A stretch of DNA of 9,743 bases from Promethearchaeota archaeon. GTDB taxonomy: Archaea > Asgardarchaeota > Thorarchaeia > Thorarchaeales > Thorarchaeaceae. Positions 5,238-9,743 of the stretch are shown here, piece after piece. Every line of letters begins with the position of its first letter. The stretch's first letter is position 1. The DNA is taken from contig JALVPN010000186.1 in NCBI GenBank assembly GCA_027031765.1, positions 1 to 9,743 of the forward strand, written 5' to 3'. Position numbers and translations under genes: made by a program. A model generated the notes under the pieces. It saw nothing but the letters and a program-made list of their open reading frames with translations. It was not told the DNA's origin and did not search any database.

Positions 5238-7013
5238 ATGTCGGATGAGAACATGAGAAAGCTGATTGCTGCCGCGACCAGAGAGGCGTTCCGGGATGCC
5301 GTGACGGAGGCCGGACGGAAGTACCTGGACGCCGCAGAAGCAGCAGCCCAGAAAGGCGACGTTGAGACGGCGAACGACATGTACAGGAAGGCTGCTGAGG
5401 CCTTCATAGAGACCGCCGAGAAGTTCCGGGCCTCAAAGAGTTTCAAGAACGCAGCCATCAACATGTGCGCTGCTGGCGATGTGTACTCGGAACTTGCCGA
5501 CGCCCCACGTGCCATCGAGGCATACCGTCAGGCAGCCGAGGACCTGTTCGGTGCCTCTGCTGAGCACCTGATGTGGGGCGAGGACTCGGAGGTCAGGAAA
5601 GCCACTGCCCTCGCTATGGCCGCCTGCATGGTGCTGATAATGGTCGGCAACGAGGACGAGGCGTTCCGTCGGGCACGGCAGTTCGTAGCTGAGAACAGTT
5701 CGAAGATACGTTACCCCGCTGATGTTAGGGTCAGTCAGATTCCCCAGATGCTCGAGTCCGCCGTGCAGAACGTGGACATAGGGGCCTTTGCTGACGCTGA
5801 GAACGCGGCGGTCACAGAGCTCAAGTCGGCCCTCGTGAATGCTGGCGCCGAGGAGTTCGTAAAGTACGTTGACCGGGGCCTAGACATGATGCGTGAGGTC
5901 CTGCGTGGCAAGGTCCGACTGCCCAAGATCTCTGCGATGCTGGACCTCCCAGTCGACATGACCTTCAAGGAAGATGTGACGTTGCGGGCACAGGTGCGCA
6001 ACGTGGGTGAGGGCGAGGCAATGGCCCTGCGCGCGGAGTGGTTCGTCGACCCGGGACTGAAGGTCGTATCTGGAGAGAGGTCACATGCCCCCGCAAAGCT
6101 CGGGCCCGGCGACGTCGTGTCCATGGGACTCACGGTCAGGGCAGCAAAAGACATGGCCGGTGTCAAGGAGTACTCCATCATGGTCCGTGGGACGTACGCC
6201 GACCTCTTGAACACCGAGTACTCGTTCCAGGCTGGCCCGGGGACATTGGTGCTCAAGGACTACAAGGAGAGCGAGAAGCTCGCCCATGACATCGACGTGA
6301 CCGAGAGCCGCATCGGCCTCCTGCGCTCCTCCGTAGAGTTGTCAGAGCTCCAGAAGGAGCCCCTGACCCGTATTGTGGACACGTTGGCAACCGCACTCGC
6401 GAGGGCAAGGGACGACGTCGGTGAGAAACGCCTTGAGCAGGCCAAGTCAAGGCTGCAGGTGATAAACGAGATTGTGGACTCCGTGGACGCTATAGTCGGG
6501 GACGAAGAGCTCCTGGCCCGGACCAGACGGCTGGCGGAACAGGCCCGCAAGGAGTTTGCTCGACAGGTGTTGCTGGGTGTCCGGGATGCCGTGTTTGCAG
6601 CCATAGAAAAGGGGACGGGCTCCGCTCAGGCCCTTGGAGAGCAGGACCTCCAAGAGTGGGACCGGGAGGCATCACAGAGACGCGGCCTCGCATCCTCCCT
6701 GTCACAGCTCAGAGAACGCCTCGGAGAAGTGGTCTCACAGCTCGACCAGGTATACGCCCAGCTGCCGCCTGCAGCAACAACAGACGACCCGCAGGTGGCC
6801 GCCGCGAGGACACGCGTGAGGACAGCAGTCGAGAGCATTCTCTCCGGACTGAAGGGCGTACGCAGCGAACTGAGCAGTGCAGCAGCCAGTCCCGTGCTTG
6901 ACCCCGGCACGCGTCCACAGACCTCGCCCACGAGTGAGAGGGTGGCAACTGTGCTCTCGTCTCTCAGGAGCGAGGTCGAGTCGGTCATCGAGCGGGCGTT
7001 GGGCCAGCTGTAG
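5238..7013 (+). CDS. 591-aa multidomain protein: alpha-SNAP/TPR-like solenoid, CARDB/GAE-like Ig domain, C-terminal coiled-coil/helical region
   Basis: AAGGAG SD lies upstream. Ala-rich helical repeats ('ANDMYRKAAEAF', 'NAAINMCAAGDVYSEL', 'RAIEAYRQAAE') are followed by a beta-sandwich signature at aa ~227-341 ('VTLRAQVRNVGEGEAMAL...PGLKVVSG...LGPGDVVSMGLTV') and amphipathic helices from aa ~342 to the end. No signal peptide or TM segment. Confidence 0.85.
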   Translation: MSDENMRKLIAAATREAFRDAVTEAGRKYLDAAEAAAQKGDVETANDMYRKAAEAFIETAEKFRASKSFKNAAINMCAAGDVYSELADAPRAIEAYRQAAEDLFGASAEHLMWGEDSEVRKATALAMAACMVLIMVGNEDEAFRRARQFVAENSSKIRYPADVRVSQIPQMLESAVQNVDIGAFADAENAAVTELKSALVNAGAEEFVKYVDRGLDMMREVLRGKVRLPKISAMLDLPVDMTFKEDVTLRAQVRNVGEGEAMALRAEWFVDPGLKVVSGERSHAPAKLGPGDVVSMGLTVRAAKDMAGVKEYSIMVRGTYADLLNTEYSFQAGPGTLVLKDYKESEKLAHDIDVTESRIGLLRSSVELSELQKEPLTRIVDTLATALARARDDVGEKRLEQAKSRLQVINEIVDSVDAIVGDEELLARTRRLAEQARKEFARQVLLGVRDAVFAAIEKGTGSAQALGEQDLQEWDREASQRRGLASSLSQLRERLGEVVSQLDQVYAQLPPAATTDDPQVAAARTRVRTAVESILSGLKGVRSELSSAAASPVLDPGTRPQTSPTSERVATVLSSLRSEVESVIERALGQL

Positions 7014-7134
7014 GTGCAGGGCCTGTCCTCTGCACTGTGGGCAGGTAGACCCTGCCCGCCGCCTCCGCCCAGACCTGTTTGTTGCCGTGTGGGGTCAACA
7101 GCCCCGGGTGTTTACGCTTACGGTCAACACCCGG
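7014..7134. terminator. Cluster of GC-rich hairpins between convergent genes (possible bidirectional 3'-end structure)
   Basis: Stems: 7014-7035 (GTGCAG/CTGCAC), 7039-7057 (GGGCAGG/CCTGCCC, 5-nt loop), 7091-7105 (GGGG/CCCC) and 7104-7134 (CCGGGTGTT/AACACCCGG, 13-nt loop). Function is inferred only from position. Confidence 0.4.
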
Positions 7135-7203
7135 TCTCCTGGGGGCTCCAGCAGTCCACTGGTAGGTGTGTGTCATCTGGTACCGGCGATGTCTGTGCAG
7201 TCA

Positions 7204-8403
7204 CTATGCGCGTGACATGAAGGCCTCTAGACGGTCCATTGCCTCCGCAATGGTCTCCGGTGGTGGGAGGAACACGCTCCTGAAGTGTCCTGCCCCATAG
7301 ACCGGACAGAACCCTGAGCCCGGGACAAAGACGACGCCCGTATTGTCGAGGACGTCCAGTACGAACTCGTAGTCGTTGGCCCAGCGGCCTTCCAGCTCCA
7401 CCTTCGGCATTATGTAGAAGGCCGCCTGTGGCAGTGCTGTGCTTATCGAGTCTATCTCGTTGAGTCGCTTCCAGATGAGGTCACGTCGTTCCCTGAGCCG
7501 GCGCCTCATCTCTGGGAGGTGGTCGTCAGTCCCCTTCAGAGCGGCTGCTGCGGCCAGCTGCGACGGGGCATTCGTGCATATCCTGATGCGTGCCTGCCTG
7601 AGCATACCGTCAAGAATCGGGTCGAGCTCGCCGTCCTCGTCGTGGAAGTAGACATAGCCGACACGCCAGCCCGGTGCAAGGTAGACCTTGCTGACCCCAT
7701 TGAAGCCAATGACAGGCACGTCCCCTGCTGCTCGCACCATGGCCGTCTGCTTCTTCTCAAAGGCCAGCTGGTCGTAGATCTCATCTGTGACCAGTGGGAG
7801 TCCATATTCCCCAGCAATGGAGGCGATCTCAGCTAGGACTTTGTGGTCGTACACTGCGCCGGTTGGGTTGTTCGGGTTGATGACTATGATACATGCCGTC
7901 TTCTCGTTGACCTTGCTCCTCAGGTCGTCGATATCCGGGCTCCAGCCCTCCTCTTCAACTGTGCGGTAGGTCACGGCACGCCCACCGAAGTACTGGATGT
8001 ACGAGAGGTACGGTGGGTATGCTGGGCCGGGGACGAGGAACTCGGAGCCGTCGTTCACAAGGCAGCCTGCGAGGAACTGGATGGCCTCTGATACCCCCAT
8101 TGTGACCAGTACCCGCTCCGGGTCGATGTCAATACCGTTGACGCGCTTCTCCTTTTCAGCCGCGGCCTCCCTCAGCTCCGGCATCCCCCGTGAGGGCGCA
8201 TAGCCGTTCACCCCCTGTGTGAGCGCATCGCAGAAGGCACGCACCATTGGCTCCGGGGTCTTCCAGTCGTACTTGAGCGGGTCACCGATGTTCAGGAACA
8301 GTGGTCGTTCGCCCTTCTCCCGTTCGTAGCGCTCTGCTGCTACTACGATGTCCCGGATTGCATACTTGAGGTCTGACGCACGCGGAGCAATACTGACGTT
8401 CAT
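7204..8403 (-). CDS. alaA: PLP-dependent class I/II aminotransferase, alanine aminotransferase (AlaA/Thermococcales AlaAT) type, 399 aa
   Basis: The N-terminus 'KYAIRDIV...LNIGDP' is typical of AlaA-type enzymes. Fold-type I motifs are present: 'INPNNPTGAVY', 'DEIYD', PLP-lysine motif 'GVSKVYLAPGWRVGY', 'PQAAFY', 'VPGSGF' and 'GHFRSVFLPP'. Confidence 0.93.
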   Translation of the reverse strand: MNVSIAPRASDLKYAIRDIVVAAERYEREKGERPLFLNIGDPLKYDWKTPEPMVRAFCDALTQGVNGYAPSRGMPELREAAAEKEKRVNGIDIDPERVLVTMGVSEAIQFLAGCLVNDGSEFLVPGPAYPPYLSYIQYFGGRAVTYRTVEEEGWSPDIDDLRSKVNEKTACIIVINPNNPTGAVYDHKVLAEIASIAGEYGLPLVTDEIYDQLAFEKKQTAMVRAAGDVPVIGFNGVSKVYLAPGWRVGYVYFHDEDGELDPILDGMLRQARIRICTNAPSQLAAAAALKGTDDHLPEMRRRLRERRDLIWKRLNEIDSISTALPQAAFYIMPKVELEGRWANDYEFVLDVLDNTGVVFVPGSGFCPVYGAGHFRSVFLPPPETIAEAMDRLEAFMSRA

Positions 8404-8406
8404 CGA

Positions 8407-8458
8407 CAGCCGCCTCGCGGCTGGAGCGGTGGACCCGTATATTTGACTTTTGGAGCGG
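8407..8458 (-). promoter_or_regulatory. Putative alaA promoter with flanking direct repeats and an inverted repeat next to the start codon
   Basis: On the - strand, AAAAGTCAAATATA (8438-8451) lies about 35 nt upstream of the ATG. CCGCTCCA occurs on both sides of it (8451-8458 and 8422-8429). A perfect CAGCCGC-N3-GCGGCTG lies at 8407-8423. Confidence 0.5.
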
Positions 8459-8545
8459 GCCCACCTGGGGCACTACCACTTGCCAGGTGTGGTCTGCACG
8501 CCTCTTCCGACAGGCAGCCGCCGACCCGCAGGCCGGCCCGTACCA

Positions 8546-8935
8546 CTAGCGTGACAACAGGTTCCCGACCTCACGGGCATAGCGTCGCATCTGCGTCACT
8601 GCGAGGCCCATAGATGTCAGGTCCTTTGCCGAGCCCATCAGCAAGAAGTCGCCAGCCTGTGACAACACTACGAAGCCCGCCTTCCCACGGACAACGACCT
8701 CGTACAGCTCGTCGAGGTCCAGCTTCTTGGCAGCCATCTCTCCAGTCATCAGGAGCGCGGCGCTCACAGCAGCCATCAGGTCGGGGTCTGCATCCGAGTC
8801 CTCGGTGGCAAAGTACGCAAGTTTCACTCCCTGCTTACTGACGACGGCAATCGCGTCGAGGTCGGCGTAGTCGGTGAGGCCCATCAGGAGCTCTATCAGC
8901 TCCTTCTCTTTCTTGGGGTCGAGGGGCGTTGACAT
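8546..8935 (-). CDS. Roadblock/LC7 (MglB/LAMTOR2-like) domain protein, 129 aa
   Basis: Helix 'KELIELLMGL', hairpin 'LDAIAVVSKQGVKLAYF', helix 'DPDLMAAVSAALLMTGEMAAKKL', strands 'LYEVVVRGKAGFVVLSQAG..LLMGSA' and terminal helix 'MGLAVTQMRRYAREV' match the canonical Roadblock topology and length. Confidence 0.92.
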   Translation of the reverse strand: MSTPLDPKKEKELIELLMGLTDYADLDAIAVVSKQGVKLAYFATEDSDADPDLMAAVSAALLMTGEMAAKKLDLDELYEVVVRGKAGFVVLSQAGDFLLMGSAKDLTSMGLAVTQMRRYAREVGNLLSR

Positions 8936-8978
8936 AGTTGCTTCCCTTTCCTCTTCAGGAGTGCATCACCTCCCTGTG

Positions 8979-8992
8979 AATAAATATCTTCT
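8979..8992 (-). promoter_or_regulatory. Putative BRE/TATA element for the Roadblock gene
   Basis: On the - strand, AGAAGATATTTATT lies about 45 nt upstream of the ATG at 8935. Confidence 0.55.
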
Positions 8993-9220
8993 CTGGGTGT
9001 GGCCCTCAACCCGCAACTCCCACAGCGTATTCATGCGGCCGCCCTCGTGCCGTTCCGGGCGGCCCCACTATAGGACAGCGTGCCACGTCAAGATGCCCAC
9101 CGTCTGGTCAATGCTGCCATTCTCCCGCCGTCGTGGCAGCTACCGTGTGGTGTACACGCACCGGTCACTGGTCGAGCGATGTGAGGGGCTGTCTTGGTAA
9201 CTGTCCGGGTGCTCGTCCTC

Positions 9221-9743
9221 CTACTTGGCGACGAGTCTCCTCCCTCTGCGCTTCTTCTTCTCGCGTCCTGGGTCATCTGCTGGGGCGCTCTCCGATGCCA
9301 CCTCCGCCCTGAAGAACTCGATGAGGTCGCTCAGTCGTTCCTTCATCTCCGCCTTGATGGGGCTGAGGATTGCGTCCGGCGTGCCCTTGAGCCGCTCTAT
9401 CCCGAGGACTTTGCCGTCCTTGACGATGACCCGTGGCACAAAGCCCTCAGCCATGAAGGTCCCCTCTGGTGGGTCTTTCACACGCTCAATCCGACGTTCG
9501 ACCTTCTCTTGGCCGAACACTGTGATCTTGTGTTCCGCCACAGTATAGAGCTCGTTGTAGACGATGAGGAGCTCTCGCCTGTAACCCTCTGGCGGGTCCA
9601 TCGCCTCCAGCTCCTCTATCATGGCCTCAATCTCGGCCCTTGTTGCCCGGGGGACTTCTGCCTCTGCTGCTGCAGGAGCCGTGACGGTCGGTGCTGCTGT
9701 CCGAGTTGAGGTCCTTGTTGGTGGCGGTGCACGAGTGGTCGTG
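9221..9743 (-). CDS. Partial CDS (5' end outside the window): Pro/Thr/Ala-rich linker plus a domain resembling the X domain of Asgard 1DGelX gelsolin-family proteins, with a polybasic C-terminus
   Basis: The frame stays open from the window edge: TTTRAPPPTRTSTRTAAPTVTAPAAAEAEVPRATRAEIEA-MIEELEAMDPPEGYRRELLIVYNELY...DPPEGTFMAEGFVPRVIVKDGKVLGIERLKG...REKKKRRGRRLVAK*. The 'PEGY.RE' and 'PEG.F.AE...PRV....GK...IE.L' pattern matches my recollection of Asgard GelX C-terminal domains. The gelsolin domain itself is not in the window. Confidence 0.65.
   Translation of the reverse strand, partial: TTTRAPPPTRTSTRTAAPTVTAPAAAEAEVPRATRAEIEAMIEELEAMDPPEGYRRELLIVYNELYTVAEHKITVFGQEKVERRIERVKDPPEGTFMAEGFVPRVIVKDGKVLGIERLKGTPDAILSPIKAEMKERLSDLIEFFRAEVASESAPADDPGREKKKRRGRRLVAK

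Noticed and set aside
4841-5515. 224-aa antisense ORF and the many other overlapping ORFs in the track (e.g. 2967..3548, 5735..6256, 9194..9709)
   Set aside because: These are shadow frames of better-supported genes. They are Ser/Arg/Ala-rich with no motifs.
7014-7220. In-frame 68-codon continuation after the TAG of the 591-aa gene, containing PPPPP
   Set aside because: The composition is Cys/Pro/Gly-rich and non-coding-like, it coincides with the hairpin cluster, and it overlaps the convergent alaA end.
8955-8973. Perfect SD-like GGAGGTGA and a 3-codon uORF (ATG CAC TCC TGA) upstream of Roadblock on the - strand
   Set aside because: It lies between the TATA-like box and the expected TSS, so it is probably not transcribed, and the ATG overlaps the SD itself.
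1-9743. tRNA, rRNA, SRP/RNase P RNA, CRISPR array, transposase or integrase
   Set aside because: I saw no T-loop or cloverleaf pattern, conserved RNA motifs, regularly spaced repeats or recombinase/transposase motifs on either strand.

Overview
This window is roughly 60% GC by eye and looks archaeal. It has eight supportable protein-coding genes and about 1.8 kb (~19%) of intergenic DNA. The + strand carries a GH38 alpha-mannosidase-like protein with substitutions in several active-site motifs, a 292-aa protein with a C-terminal V4R-like Cys/His domain, a 91-aa two-TM protein ending in seven prolines, a 96-aa protein that may be a degenerate gelsolin-like domain, and a 591-aa alpha-SNAP/TPR-like + Ig-like + helical protein. 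The - strand carries an alanine aminotransferase close to the Thermococcales AlaAT type, a Roadblock/LC7 protein, and the C-terminal part of a protein resembling the X domain of Asgard 1DGelX gelsolins, which runs off the right edge. The gene mix and TATA-like promoters point to an Asgard archaeon, probably Thorarchaeia (inference). The most interesting signals are a loose cluster of eukaryote-like cytoskeleton and membrane-trafficking candidates, the non-canonical GH38 catalytic centre, TAG as stop in 7 of 8 genes, and recurrent 8-9 bp intergenic inverted repeats with 12-16 nt spacers. I found no tRNA, rRNA, CRISPR array or mobile element. All family calls come from motif recognition by eye; no searches were run.
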